Source of the DNA: a virus
Direction: 5' to 3' (one strand)
Length of the DNA: 64,000 nt
Virus record (IMG/VR): IMGVR_UViG_3300042013_000061
Coordinates: 32,001 to 96,000 of that record
Position numbers and translations under genes: made by a program. Shown here piece after piece: positions 28,419 to 38,133 of this stretch; positions within the stretch are counted from its first letter, which is position 1; the number at the start of each line of letters is the position of its first letter. The notes beneath the pieces are model-generated. The model ran no database searches. It was not told where the DNA came from and saw only the letters and a list, made by a program, of their open reading frames with translations.

Positions 28419-30743
28419 TTACACGTATTTAATGGAGTAGTTATCGGTACGCGGCGAGAATTCCGGCAACGTAGTTGCCTCACTGCGAACAACAATCCAC
28501 GGACGCACACCGGTTCCGTCGTCGAATTGCACGGTCAGAGTTTTCGGCAAGTTTGCATCGTAACCCGGCAGACCTTCTTCGTTACCAATTACATCGTTGC
28601 GGTAATTAATACCGTCGAAAGTAACGTTGAAAGAGTTCGCCAAATCGACGATGAAAGTATCACCAGCGCGAGCATCCCACATCACGTAAACATAATCGTC
28701 CACGGAAATTGTTGTGGAGAAGTTTTTCGCGATACCGTCCATTGCAACGTCCAACGTGTTGGTCATTACATCAGCAACGAAATCGGTGAAACCTGTCCAG
28801 TGGGTGTACTGGCGACCGCTAGCCGAAGTTTCTTCGGTCACACCATAATCGCGTTCTTCCTGAGTAATTTCGCCAGCAATTGGGCCGCCGGTGAACTGGA
28901 TGTTGGAGAACATCGCAACGCCGTAACGCAGCGGCGGAATTGCAACAGAAACGGTTTCGATAACAATCGCTTTTGTTGCGTTCAACACGATGCCGTCTTC
29001 GGTGTAGTTTGCGCGGATACTTACGTTGCCATTTGCAACACCGGTAGCTTCACCAGCGGCGTCGATTGTGGCTTTCGTCACATCCGAAGTGCTCCAAGTA
29101 GTCGGAGCTTTAACAACGTCCGAACCGTCAGCATAAGTCACGGTGTAAACGAAAATCGCTTTGCCCAAAGGAGCGAGCGAACTAACGCCGGAAATTGCAG
29201 CAGAAACAGGCCAGTTTTTCGTGTCAGCAATTGCGATTGTTTTCTTCGCAGTAACAGTCACGCCGTTTTGTGTGTACGAAACATTCACTTCAACGGTTTT
29301 GCTACCCGGAACAGTCAGCGGCTTGGCAGTCAACAGACCGTTTTGGTCAATTGTTGCGTAGGTGCTAGCAGTTACAGACCAAACGCCAGCCACGTCACCG
29401 TTGGTTGCGTCAGAGAAAGAAACGGCTGCGTTCAAGTCGATAGAATCGTCTTGATCTACAGAAACCGGGCCGGTAATTGCAATGCTGTTTGGATAAACCA
29501 GCGGGTCTTTAATCGTTACGGCGATTGTGGCTTGGCGAGTCACGCCGCCTGTTGCATAAGTTGCAGTCAGGTTAGTGGCAACGTCGCGAACCTGATTCGA
29601 TTTCGGAGTCAGCACGCCAGCGGTGAAAGAACCCGCATTTGTGTTGCTCGAAACAAAAGCATTCGGCGTAACAATGTTGGTGCTGCCGTCAGTGAAATGT
29701 GCGCGCACAGTGTACGTGCCGGTTTCCGATTTCAGGAACTGAGTCGGGCCGAGGATTTCGATATGATCCAGAATTACCAACGTCGGATCACCAATAATGG
29801 TAATCACATAATCCTGATAAATCACGGTGCCGGAATCAGGATGTGTCCACGTAGCGCGAACAGTTACCGGAGTGTCAACGGCAACCAGACCTGCTTTAAA
29901 CACGCCGTTATTCGTGCCGATTTCTGCGTGGTCGAGATTATCCTGCAAAGTCCATACAGCTTTTACGCTGAAGAATTTGCTTCCGTCGTCCATCGTTACA
30001 TCGGCACGCAGAACGTGATTCGATGCACCCGGTACATGTTCGGTTGGGCCAACAACAGCGAGGCCGGTAGGCAGCGGGCCGACGTATTCAAATTCGGTAG
30101 TCGGTGGCAACCATTCCGCGATGAAATTGCCGACTTGATCCACACCGGTAATAAACAGCAATTCACCGTTTTTTGGATCGGAACCGATAATGCTTACAAA
30201 CTTATCAGAACCATCGCCAGCGGAAATCATGGTGCGCGGAATATCAGCGTGTGTATGCGGACGCGGATCACGAGCATTCGCCATACGCGTGTCGTTAGTG
30301 CCGACAACGATGCGATCACCCGGAACAGCTACAGCATCATGCGATGTTTCAAAACCACCGTAACGATTTACCGAAGCGAGGCCCGGCAAAAAGTTCTGAA
30401 TTTCACCCAAGATCGGATCGGATTCTTTTTTGAAGTATTGAACTTCTTCAAAGATTTCATCAACAGACGAAAGCACCGACCACGAACCGCGATAGTCTTT
30501 ATCGTCGTATTTTTCAGCATCAACACGACGCATCAAAACTTTGTAATCTTCGTGTTCTGGATTCGCGTTAATCCAAGTCACGTTGTAAGGAACGGTGAGG
30601 GTATCCGGTTCAAGAAGTGAAACGAGGACAACGAATTGTTTTCCGTTGCCCTCGATCAGAATCTCAACCGGGTTAAAGCGAGACAGACCGCGATAATTCA
30701 AAGCAATCGCAATTTTCTCGTCGATAAACTCGGTCAAAGTCAT
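28419..30743 (-). CDS. Ig-like repeat fibre protein (N-terminal anchor plus 4 Ig repeats)
   Basis: DTRMANARDPRPHTH fibre motif; four Big_2-like units (e.g. TWSTSDVTKATIDAAG). Confidence 0.8.
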   Translation of the reverse strand: MTLTEFIDEKIAIALNYRGLSRFNPVEILIEGNGKQFVVLVSLLEPDTLTVPYNVTWINANPEHEDYKVLMRRVDAEKYDDKDYRGSWSVLSSVDEIFEEVQYFKKESDPILGEIQNFLPGLASVNRYGGFETSHDAVAVPGDRIVVGTNDTRMANARDPRPHTHADIPRTMISAGDGSDKFVSIIGSDPKNGELLFITGVDQVGNFIAEWLPPTTEFEYVGPLPTGLAVVGPTEHVPGASNHVLRADVTMDDGSKFFSVKAVWTLQDNLDHAEIGTNNGVFKAGLVAVDTPVTVRATWTHPDSGTVIYQDYVITIIGDPTLVILDHIEILGPTQFLKSETGTYTVRAHFTDGSTNIVTPNAFVSSNTNAGSFTAGVLTPKSNQVRDVATNLTATYATGGVTRQATIAVTIKDPLVYPNSIAITGPVSVDQDDSIDLNAAVSFSDATNGDVAGVWSVTASTYATIDQNGLLTAKPLTVPGSKTVEVNVSYTQNGVTVTAKKTIAIADTKNWPVSAAISGVSSLAPLGKAIFVYTVTYADGSDVVKAPTTWSTSDVTKATIDAAGEATGVANGNVSIRANYTEDGIVLNATKAIVIETVSVAIPPLRYGVAMFSNIQFTGGPIAGEITQEERDYGVTEETSASGRQYTHWTGFTDFVADVMTNTLDVAMDGIAKNFSTTISVDDYVYVMWDARAGDTFIVDLANSFNVTFDGINYRNDVIGNEEGLPGYDANLPKTLTVQFDDGTGVRPWIVVRSEATTLPEFSPRTDNYSIKYV

Positions 30744-30752
30744 GACGATTCC

Positions 30753-31397
30753 TTATTTCTGAATGTCGGTGGAAGTCAGTTGACGCCATACAGCGTTGCC
30801 GTTCCCGGTAGCAACCAGAGTCGCGCCAATTACTGGCGTTGGGCTGTCACCGATGGTCACGATTGCGCTTTTGGTTTTCAACTGATTTGCAGGTTTTTCT
30901 GCGTGCGTGTGTTCGGTCGGAACGCGGTCGTCGGTCAAACGCGGATCGCCTTCACCAACTGCAATCGGTTTTGCACCGTCAGCAGGGGCAACAGACAAAC
31001 GCGCAATGCCGAGAACGGTTGTCGATGCTGGCGGAATCGGATTCGCTTGATTCAGAAGCGCGGCGTCTTCGTCGTCGTAGAATTGATCCTCGTTAAATTC
31101 CAGCATTGTGTCGATTACTTCCCACGTGTGGTTAGTACCGGCTGCAACATCCGGGTCTTTCGAAACACGGCGGCGCGCTGCTTTGTAATAAGCGCTCAGC
31201 GGATTGAAATCGAACCAAACCACATTGAGTGGCAGGATTTCGGTAAATGGTTCGCGCAATGCGCAAATCACAGTTTGAACCCGGCGCACGGTGCTATTCG
31301 AAATGCGCGTGGTAATCGGATTCGTTTCATCCATGTTTTGAATGTCCGACAGGACAAGCAAAGAATCACGGATACTTTCGAGTTGTTTCTCAGCCAT
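30753..31397 (-). CDS. fibre-anchor protein, paralog of the N-terminus of 28419..30743
   Basis: PLNVVW/PYNVTW, RRV, ASTTVLG/ASVNRYG and DPRLTDDRVPTEHTH motifs. Confidence 0.75.
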   Translation of the reverse strand: MAEKQLESIRDSLLVLSDIQNMDETNPITTRISNSTVRRVQTVICALREPFTEILPLNVVWFDFNPLSAYYKAARRRVSKDPDVAAGTNHTWEVIDTMLEFNEDQFYDDEDAALLNQANPIPPASTTVLGIARLSVAPADGAKPIAVGEGDPRLTDDRVPTEHTHAEKPANQLKTKSAIVTIGDSPTPVIGATLVATGNGNAVWRQLTSTDIQK

Positions 31398-31402
31398 TTT
31401 AA

Positions 31403-33043
31403 TTAAGCCTCGGTAAAGGTCATGGAAGAACCGAAATTGCGAATGTCAGCAGTCAGGGAAGCACGGCTGGCCGGAATCTCAGGGTCAATGACGAAATCAA
31501 TCGCCATATCGTTATTCGCGATTACTTCAGTTGTGTTGTTGCGTTCATCGCAAATGGTTTCCCAATCGTTGATACCGCGACCGCGTTTCACTTTGGCTGC
31601 TTCAGCATCGACGATGCCTTTCAATTGATCCCGTTCGTATTTATCGTTCGGGTTGAAAACAGACGGCAGAAACGCTTTACGAATCAGCGTTTTCACACCG
31701 TTAACCAGACGACGCACGTTCACGTATTGGAAACCAGACTCGAAAGCCTGCAACGTGAGTTGTTCGAAAATAACGAAACCGCGTTTTGGAATGCGGCGGA
31801 TGTAGTTAATCTGCGATTGTTGTAGAGCATTACGCTCTTGCAGATTGTATTTCCGGCTCAGGTTGGTAACTTTCAACTGACCACGAGAAATACCAGCCGG
31901 TGCCCAGTAGTAGGCTTTTACGCGGTCGGTGTACGCATAAGCTGCGGCAACCAAACCAGACGGCGGACACATGATTTTGCGACCGGAAACGTCGTCGGTG
32001 ATTTCCACAAACGGGCCATACAGCGCGCCGTAGGAATTGGAAACGTTCAACACATTGCGACGATAATTCGTTGCTTTGGAAACCTCTTCGAATTCCGTAG
32101 GCAGGTCGATAATCGCCATTGCATCGCCGCGAGTTTCTGCGATGGAAATCATGCGCTGCTGAATATACGGCGAAGTGAAACCACCGTTAATCAGAATTTG
32201 CACTGCGAAATCGTCGGTGTTTTCGATACCTTCCCATGCAGCGATGATATCGGAATCAGAGCAACGGTTGCCGTTTTCGCCGCCGTCCAGAGTTTCGAAC
32301 GTCGAAGTGCGGATATCAATCAGTGGGCAAAGTGCGTTGTTTTTAACGCGAATGAATTTCGAGTTTCCGTTAATACGGGACTCGACAAACATTTGCTGTT
32401 GTTGGCCGTCAAGTTCAGCAGAGCGGCTGCACAGGTACGATTCAACCGGTACGCTGCCATTGCCTTTGTAATCTTTGAAAACTTCGACGTAGAAATGTTT
32501 CGGGTTACTGAATTCCCCGACAGCGGTGCCTTGCTGGTTCGAAGGGCGCACGCGAATAGAAATGCTATCCGACCACGAACCCGGCGAAGTTGCACAGAAA
32601 AACAACAGAACGTTTTCAACGCCCGGAGTGCCGACAGTGAAACCGATTTCGTTGATTGGATTTCCGAGAACACCTTTCGGGGTATTATCACCATCGTCGA
32701 AATTCACCAGTTTCAGAACCGGTTCCATTGCCGCATTATCATCCACGGACAAATAGGCGCCAGCGGTCAATGCAGTTTTAACGTCAACCGCACGCTTGAT
32801 ATACAGGCGCGATTCCGCAGTAAAGTGTTCAGCACAGTGCATGCTGTAACCCAATTTTGCGAAATCTTTAATGCCGAATTTGGTTTTCAAATCTTGCTTG
32901 TCAGTAACAAGCGTCCATTCTTCGGTGCTGCCCATTTGCGATTCAACAACAATCGCACCAATGGAGCTAATCACCGTACCGCCGCGCTGGCTCAGGTCGT
33001 TATCCTGATCGTAAACGCCAGCACTCGTATTAGGAAATGCCAT
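31403..33043 (-). CDS. tail sheath protein 2
   Basis: SAGVY..D.DLS, RGDAMAIIDLP, PPSG, WAPAG..RG, NVRRL, FNPND and CDERNNT motifs. Confidence 0.92.
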   Translation of the reverse strand: MAFPNTSAGVYDQDNDLSQRGGTVISSIGAIVVESQMGSTEEWTLVTDKQDLKTKFGIKDFAKLGYSMHCAEHFTAESRLYIKRAVDVKTALTAGAYLSVDDNAAMEPVLKLVNFDDGDNTPKGVLGNPINEIGFTVGTPGVENVLLFFCATSPGSWSDSISIRVRPSNQQGTAVGEFSNPKHFYVEVFKDYKGNGSVPVESYLCSRSAELDGQQQQMFVESRINGNSKFIRVKNNALCPLIDIRTSTFETLDGGENGNRCSDSDIIAAWEGIENTDDFAVQILINGGFTSPYIQQRMISIAETRGDAMAIIDLPTEFEEVSKATNYRRNVLNVSNSYGALYGPFVEITDDVSGRKIMCPPSGLVAAAYAYTDRVKAYYWAPAGISRGQLKVTNLSRKYNLQERNALQQSQINYIRRIPKRGFVIFEQLTLQAFESGFQYVNVRRLVNGVKTLIRKAFLPSVFNPNDKYERDQLKGIVDAEAAKVKRGRGINDWETICDERNNTTEVIANNDMAIDFVIDPEIPASRASLTADIRNFGSSMTFTEA

Positions 33044-33118
33044 GAAAAGAACCCCTTGTATGGTTGGTATATGGGAATATGTGAGAGCAAATCCTAAAAG
33101 AATTGCTATTCCACTATA

Positions 33119-33127
33119 TTTAAATTA
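33119..33127 (-). promoter_or_regulatory. putative late promoter TAATTTAAA (sheath 2 operon)
   Basis: Recurrent motif just downstream of a terminator, followed by a long hairpin. Confidence 0.6.
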
Positions 33128-33159
33128 CGCAAAGGGGTTTTTGACTTTTTTCAGGCAAT

Positions 33160-33186
33160 AAAAAAGGGGCCGCAATGGCCCCCTTT
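33160..33186 (-). terminator. rho-independent terminator
   Basis: AAAGGGGCC/GGCCCCTTT stem plus T-run. Confidence 0.85.
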
Positions 33187-33200
33187 GGTGTAGCGTTTAT

Positions 33201-33965
33201 TCAATCATCAAAGCAATCAGAATCATCATTGTCAGGATGAATCGTACTCAGGTAATATTTGAAGCAGCGGATTGCCAATTCTTTATCACCGCGTTTCCAT
33301 GCTTTAATTGCAGGCATATACGGACGCGCATTCAGATAACGCATGTGGTGTTTGATTTGATTGTGCCGTTCGCTAACGAATTTCCACAACCAATAGGTAA
33401 TCCTTTTCGGTTCACCGCGAATCAGGAATACACGAACGAAACAGAAAACCAATGCTTCCATGTTTTCGTCTTCCATGTGTTCCGTTGATTCATGGAAACA
33501 TTCGAGGATTTGTTTCTTTTGTTCGGCGGAGAAACGCATGATCTTGTCAGGGTGTGAAGCCTGCTTAATCATCCGGTAAAGAGTTTTGATTGGAATTTCA
33601 TCTTCCTTTTCTTCACTCTTTTTCGATTCAACTCCATCAAACGAAATTGAATCATCGTCGCCTGTGAATTCGTCTTCGATACCGGGAAAGGACGTATCGA
33701 CGCCATCGTAATCCGTAACCGCCAAAGGCTGGTCAACGACCATTAATCCTTTTGCAATTCGGTTAACGGATTTCATGTCGCGTGTTTCTTCGTCTTCTTC
33801 TTCGTCGTCAATATCAACGTCTTCGTTTTCGCCGGTATGCCCGCCCATTGCATAATTGCATTCGGCTGCGAGCCAGCTATAACCCGTTTCAATTGTCACG
33901 ATCAATTGTTTCAACGTGCGATCATCACGTTGAATTTCTTCGATATCGTCGAGGGTGATATTCAT
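33201..33965 (-). CDS. J-domain-like protein
   Basis: IKTLYRMIKQASHPDK followed by a helix (J-domain helix II-HPD-helix III pattern). Confidence 0.6.
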   Translation of the reverse strand: MNITLDDIEEIQRDDRTLKQLIVTIETGYSWLAAECNYAMGGHTGENEDVDIDDEEEDEETRDMKSVNRIAKGLMVVDQPLAVTDYDGVDTSFPGIEDEFTGDDDSISFDGVESKKSEEKEDEIPIKTLYRMIKQASHPDKIMRFSAEQKKQILECFHESTEHMEDENMEALVFCFVRVFLIRGEPKRITYWLWKFVSERHNQIKHHMRYLNARPYMPAIKAWKRGDKELAIRCFKYYLSTIHPDNDDSDCFDD

Positions 33966-34735
33966 AGGATACTCATTAAGTCCTGTTTATCGCTGCGCTT
34001 GCTGTTTAGGAACAAAGCAAACTGCATAGTCATTCGAATCTTTTCCGCGAAAAAGGAAACCGGGTCAGCCCCGTTCACTACAACGATGCGCGGAATGTGG
34101 TCGTATTTCTCCAATAAGTCACGAACCTTTTCAATCTTCTGCGGAGTGGAATCTGGCCCGACATTCGCAATGATTAACATGGAGATATTTCGTCTTACTT
34201 TTTCGTCACGCAAATCATCCTGATAACCGCCCATGACTCGGTGCCAAACCGGCAGCAGTCGGCCTTTGTGAGAACCGCTGCGCTGCTGTTCAATTGCCGA
34301 ATCCATAAAACTCATGGCGAGGAATTTAGCGCGATCATCAGTCGCCATTGAACCGATGCCAATGATTGGAGAACCGTGCAACGGATTCGTCAGCATTCGG
34401 TGACAGGTATCAATCTGTCTTTTCACACTTGTTTTCGGCAAGTGGTAATCTTCAGGCAACCATTTCGGAACAAACGGCGTAATAGAAACCAGTGCATCGT
34501 CAAGCAGAAACGGACTGCGCATGACTTGCAAAGCGCTACCATCGACGCCTTGATTTTTGAGTGTCTTTACGCGTTCCGAATCGAAACGGAATTTCAAGTG
34601 TGGTGCCGGGATGCGAAGGACAGGTGCAAATGTCTTTTTCTGCTTTTTAATCCCGGCAACCGGTTCAACTTTCTTCTTGGTTCCCTTGAGCTTTGTCACC
34701 GGTTCCGTTTTCTTTATGGTCTTTAACTCTTTCAA
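33962..34735 (-). CDS. hypothetical protein, possibly a degenerate DnaC/IstB-like ATPase
   Basis: LIIANVG...LL...PRIVVVN resembles the Walker B/sensor region, but canonical Walker A/B residues are missing. Confidence 0.45.
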   Translation of the reverse strand: MKELKTIKKTEPVTKLKGTKKKVEPVAGIKKQKKTFAPVLRIPAPHLKFRFDSERVKTLKNQGVDGSALQVMRSPFLLDDALVSITPFVPKWLPEDYHLPKTSVKRQIDTCHRMLTNPLHGSPIIGIGSMATDDRAKFLAMSFMDSAIEQQRSGSHKGRLLPVWHRVMGGYQDDLRDEKVRRNISMLIIANVGPDSTPQKIEKVRDLLEKYDHIPRIVVVNGADPVSFFAEKIRMTMQFALFLNSKRSDKQDLMSIL

Positions 34736-35399
34736 GGTCTGGACTCTCGGAAGGGTGGGTTTGATACTTCTTTACAGTATTTGAAGTGCCGAATATACGC
34801 TGCCTGCTCTGCTCACAATGCAGCGCAAGCTCTGCGGGCGTCAGGCTTTCTAACGTGACGACTTCACCGGTTACAGGATGGTGAATATTAGGCAAGAAAA
34901 ACTCTTGTGTTTCCTGCTTCGTCAATTGCTCAAGAAGCATACGACCGTAGGGATTATCGGGCATATCAATAATCTGCTGCGAAAGCGTTTTCACTCTGTT
35001 TTCAATGTACGCTGTGATTTCATGTTCGGGGCGCATGAACAGCGGAAGTATGTGCGCTTCGTCAATCATTTCCTGATCGAAAAATCCACCGGGCGGCATA
35101 GAACACCCGCGACCGATTCTAGGCGGGAGCATTTCTTCAGTGATTTTCCAGTCATGTCCAATCGGTGGGCGTTTACGCACGAATTCTTCTTCGTCGTTTT
35201 CTGCATTCGCTTCCACGCCCGGTGCGAAATAGGCACGGTTGTAAAGTTTGCGCCCGGTATTAAAAATGACTTCCCGTTCGTATTCGACGGATGCTTTTTC
35301 GTCGGCGCTTCCCATTAATTCATAGTTCACGTGCGTGACGTATTCACCGGGAACCATCGGGTGTCCAAGATCAAACAAAGGAGATACTGGCGAGTGCAT
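34665..35399 (-). CDS. hypothetical protein
   Basis: 244 aa from MHSPV (GAGG RBS). Confidence 0.7.
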   Translation of the reverse strand: MHSPVSPLFDLGHPMVPGEYVTHVNYELMGSADEKASVEYEREVIFNTGRKLYNRAYFAPGVEANAENDEEEFVRKRPPIGHDWKITEEMLPPRIGRGCSMPPGGFFDQEMIDEAHILPLFMRPEHEITAYIENRVKTLSQQIIDMPDNPYGRMLLEQLTKQETQEFFLPNIHHPVTGEVVTLESLTPAELALHCEQSRQRIFGTSNTVKKYQTHPSESPDLERVKDHKENGTGDKAQGNQEES

Positions 35400-35736
35400 T
35401 GTAATCCTCGGCTTCTTTTCGAATTTCTTCTTGAGTGGGCATTCCGGCGACATGGCTTTCGTATGTTTTACCATCCGAATATTCGACGATGCGTTTTACC
35501 TGCTGGAAATCCCATTCATAACGTAGCGCCGTGACAAAGCGCCCGGTCACTCCGAACAGTTTAATAACCAAACATTCGCCGGTAATTGTCCATCGGATTT
35601 CTTCGCCGTCGTACAGTGCAGGAATCGCACGCAGACCGGGGCCGTCTGGATTTCTTTCGTAGTGGGAAACCTTTCTTTCGAATGGGCCTTCACGCCCGGA
35701 AAGAAAAACCTTCATAGTCGTTTCAAACTGTTCCAT
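35371..35736 (-). CDS. hypothetical protein
   Basis: AGGA RBS before MEQF. Confidence 0.65.
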   Translation of the reverse strand: MEQFETTMKVFLSGREGPFERKVSHYERNPDGPGLRAIPALYDGEEIRWTITGECLVIKLFGVTGRFVTALRYEWDFQQVKRIVEYSDGKTYESHVAGMPTQEEIRKEAEDYNALASISFV

Positions 35737-35872
35737 GCGCATTCCTTTTACGATGCTTCAACGCTCGGCGCTGCGCTCGATTTAAGACGGGTGCCGGTTT
35801 ATCGGAATCGTCACACACGCAGCCGAAATCATACCAGCCACAACCTGTGCATTTCTTTTCACTGGTTTGCAT
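35723..35872 (-). CDS. 49-aa Cys-rich protein with NRAQRR motif
   Basis: GAGG RBS; MQTSEKKCTGCGWYDFGCVC...NRAQRRALK. Confidence 0.55.
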   Translation of the reverse strand: MQTSEKKCTGCGWYDFGCVCDDSDKPAPVLNRAQRRALKHRKRNAHGTV

Positions 35873-36212
35873 CTGGCACCTCTTTTTCTTTCCAGAATTT
35901 CTTCCGAACGTAGCTCCAGCCAATCGCCTTATAAAACGCGTAAATATCTGCGTGATGATAAGTCGGTAAATCACTGCACATTTTCTGCAAGGCCGCGAAC
36001 GTCTCAGCGTCGTAACCCGTGTTGACAAACTTTGGTGTGTCTACGTCTTTTGCTATATCAGCGTGAAGCATTTTGCGAATGGCTTTCTTAAACGCTTCGT
36101 AAGAACCCACATGCCGATAGCAGAATTTCTCACACAGTTCTGGCATGTCGAAAGTGTGGAACGATACACGCGCACAATCGACCATCAAAACACAGCGAAT
36201 TAAATGGCTCAT
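35859..36212 (-). CDS. hypothetical protein
   Basis: ATGA overlap with the upstream stop. Confidence 0.65.
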   Translation of the reverse strand: MSHLIRCVLMVDCARVSFHTFDMPELCEKFCYRHVGSYEAFKKAIRKMLHADIAKDVDTPKFVNTGYDAETFAALQKMCSDLPTYHHADIYAFYKAIGWSYVRKKFWKEKEVPDANQ

Positions 36213-36436
36213 AACGGCATGTCCATCGGGTCTGGAATACACAATTCATGGAGACGGTTACGCATTCCACGGTCGAAGCACGAACTGTCAAAACCGCCGT
36301 CGCACTGATACCACAATTCATTCATGCGTTTGCTGTCGCCGCGATGTTCTGCAACAACGCTATCCACGTAATCGCGGCCAGCTTGCCAGTCTTCTTCAGG
36401 TGTGCGAATGCCCAACAGTTTGCGTAACCATTTCAT
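36209..36436 (-). CDS. hypothetical protein
   Basis: 75-aa ORF directly after the helicase. Confidence 0.65.
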   Translation of the reverse strand: MKWLRKLLGIRTPEEDWQAGRDYVDSVVAEHRGDSKRMNELWYQCDGGFDSSCFDRGMRNRLHELCIPDPMDMPL

Positions 36437-36438
36437 GA

Positions 36439-38133
36439 TTATTTTCCAATACGTTTCTGTTTGCCTTTCTCAAAGCTCATTTTCTTTTTCGCGTAACGAT
36501 CATCTTTTGCGTCATTGCGTTTGTTGTGAATCGAAGCCGCAATACCGCCAAACAATCCACCGGTAGGAATGCGAGCAACTGCACTCGTTTCCGTTTCTGC
36601 GTCCTGCTCTTCGTAGCTTATGTCCCGCTTTACATTTTTCAGCCACTTGCCCATCCGCTCCAATGCAACTGGCGTCGGCGTGTGATTGAATTCTACGGCC
36701 TGATTCCAAGTGTTCGAACAATACTTCAAAGACGCGTTCGCTTTGGTGTCTACAAAGAATCGAATAATTGGCTGACGTTTATCTGGATCGGGTGTAAGAA
36801 TACGCGAGCTTTCCTGTTTCCAGTTCGGTTCGTTATTCATCGGCATGACGTAGTAAAGACACGACCACGGTTTGATGTTGATACCGCGCTGCAACAGACG
36901 ACGAATCCCGACAACTACGCGAATTTTACGCACGCCCGCTTGTTGCTTAATCCAGTCGCGACGTTCTTTGTTTTTCTTCGGATTGCTGCCACCGGTAAAC
37001 GCTGCGGCAACTTCATAACCGACACGATCATTAATCCGTTTTACCAGTTCTTCGATATGGTCTTTGAAGTGGCACGGAATAACGATGGAATGTCCGGCTT
37101 CCAAATCTTTCATAACCCAATCAATAATCAGGTCATTTCGTTTCTTGTGCTTCGCGAGCATCTTGCCGAGGAACACAAATCCCGGCTTGCCTTTGAATGC
37201 ACCTTTCGATTTCACGCCGGTATCAACAGCCAGCAATTTCGCGACCATTTGTCCGCGTTTAATTTTCGACTTCACTTCACCGATTACAAGCGCGGTGATA
37301 ATGTGTTTCCCATCCTTGCGGGTTTCCGTACCAGTGCAACCCATACGCACGCGCATTTTCATGCTGTTCATTACGTCTGCGAATTCTGGCGCACCGGTGG
37401 CTTGTACTTCGTCCACAATTACGGTGCCGAAAACCTTGTTCACTTTCGCCAAGAATTTCCGACCTTTCGGACTCAGGAAAGACTGGTAAGTGATGATGCC
37501 GATTTGAATGTCTTCCAAATCTTTTGCAGTCTTGATAAACCCGAATAGTTTCTTCCCGGTTTTCTTTTCAAGTGCAGGCAGGTTGGTGCTTTCGCGAATG
37601 TCCCCAAGGAACTGATTCAGGAAGTCATACTGGTCAGCGATCAACAGAACTTTGTAGCCGAGTTCAATTGCGATTTTCAGTGCAGTCAAAGATTTACCAG
37701 AACGCGGCGGAAGCACGAAAAGGCCGTACTTGGCCTTTTTCATTTTCTCTACGGTTTTCAACTGGTATGAATACCAATCGCGGTCTTCACCGAGACTGAT
37801 TTTAATCTTGTAGTCGAACGGCACACGCGTTCGCTTGTCAACAACGGTGTAATCATCGAAGTCGATTTTCATCTTTTCTTCGATGTTGTTTCGGTCGCCC
37901 ATCGGCAGACCGATATATTCCACATTACCAATTACACGCTTGTTAGCAAGTTGGTAAGAGCCGTTGAAATTCTCACAGCCCTTACACTCAGGCACAGGAC
38001 GTTTCGGGCGGAAGTCACAGGACTTGCAGCCGAAGTCCGAAAAGAAGTTTTTGAAATATTCCTTCTTTACCCGCTTCTCGCTAAGATCAATGCTCGGCAC
38101 ATAGAACTTATCCGATACGATTATTTTTCCCAT
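36439..38133 (-). CDS. SF2 DNA helicase (UvsW/RadD-like) with N-terminal Zn finger
   Basis: YQ (Q motif), PPRSGKS, TYQS, VDEVQ, TGT..RKDG and RGINI motifs; CxxC..CxxC. Confidence 0.85.
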   Translation of the reverse strand: MGKIIVSDKFYVPSIDLSEKRVKKEYFKNFFSDFGCKSCDFRPKRPVPECKGCENFNGSYQLANKRVIGNVEYIGLPMGDRNNIEEKMKIDFDDYTVVDKRTRVPFDYKIKISLGEDRDWYSYQLKTVEKMKKAKYGLFVLPPRSGKSLTALKIAIELGYKVLLIADQYDFLNQFLGDIRESTNLPALEKKTGKKLFGFIKTAKDLEDIQIGIITYQSFLSPKGRKFLAKVNKVFGTVIVDEVQATGAPEFADVMNSMKMRVRMGCTGTETRKDGKHIITALVIGEVKSKIKRGQMVAKLLAVDTGVKSKGAFKGKPGFVFLGKMLAKHKKRNDLIIDWVMKDLEAGHSIVIPCHFKDHIEELVKRINDRVGYEVAAAFTGGSNPKKNKERRDWIKQQAGVRKIRVVVGIRRLLQRGINIKPWSCLYYVMPMNNEPNWKQESSRILTPDPDKRQPIIRFFVDTKANASLKYCSNTWNQAVEFNHTPTPVALERMGKWLKNVKRDISYEEQDAETETSAVARIPTGGLFGGIAASIHNKRNDAKDDRYAKKKMSFEKGKQKRIGK

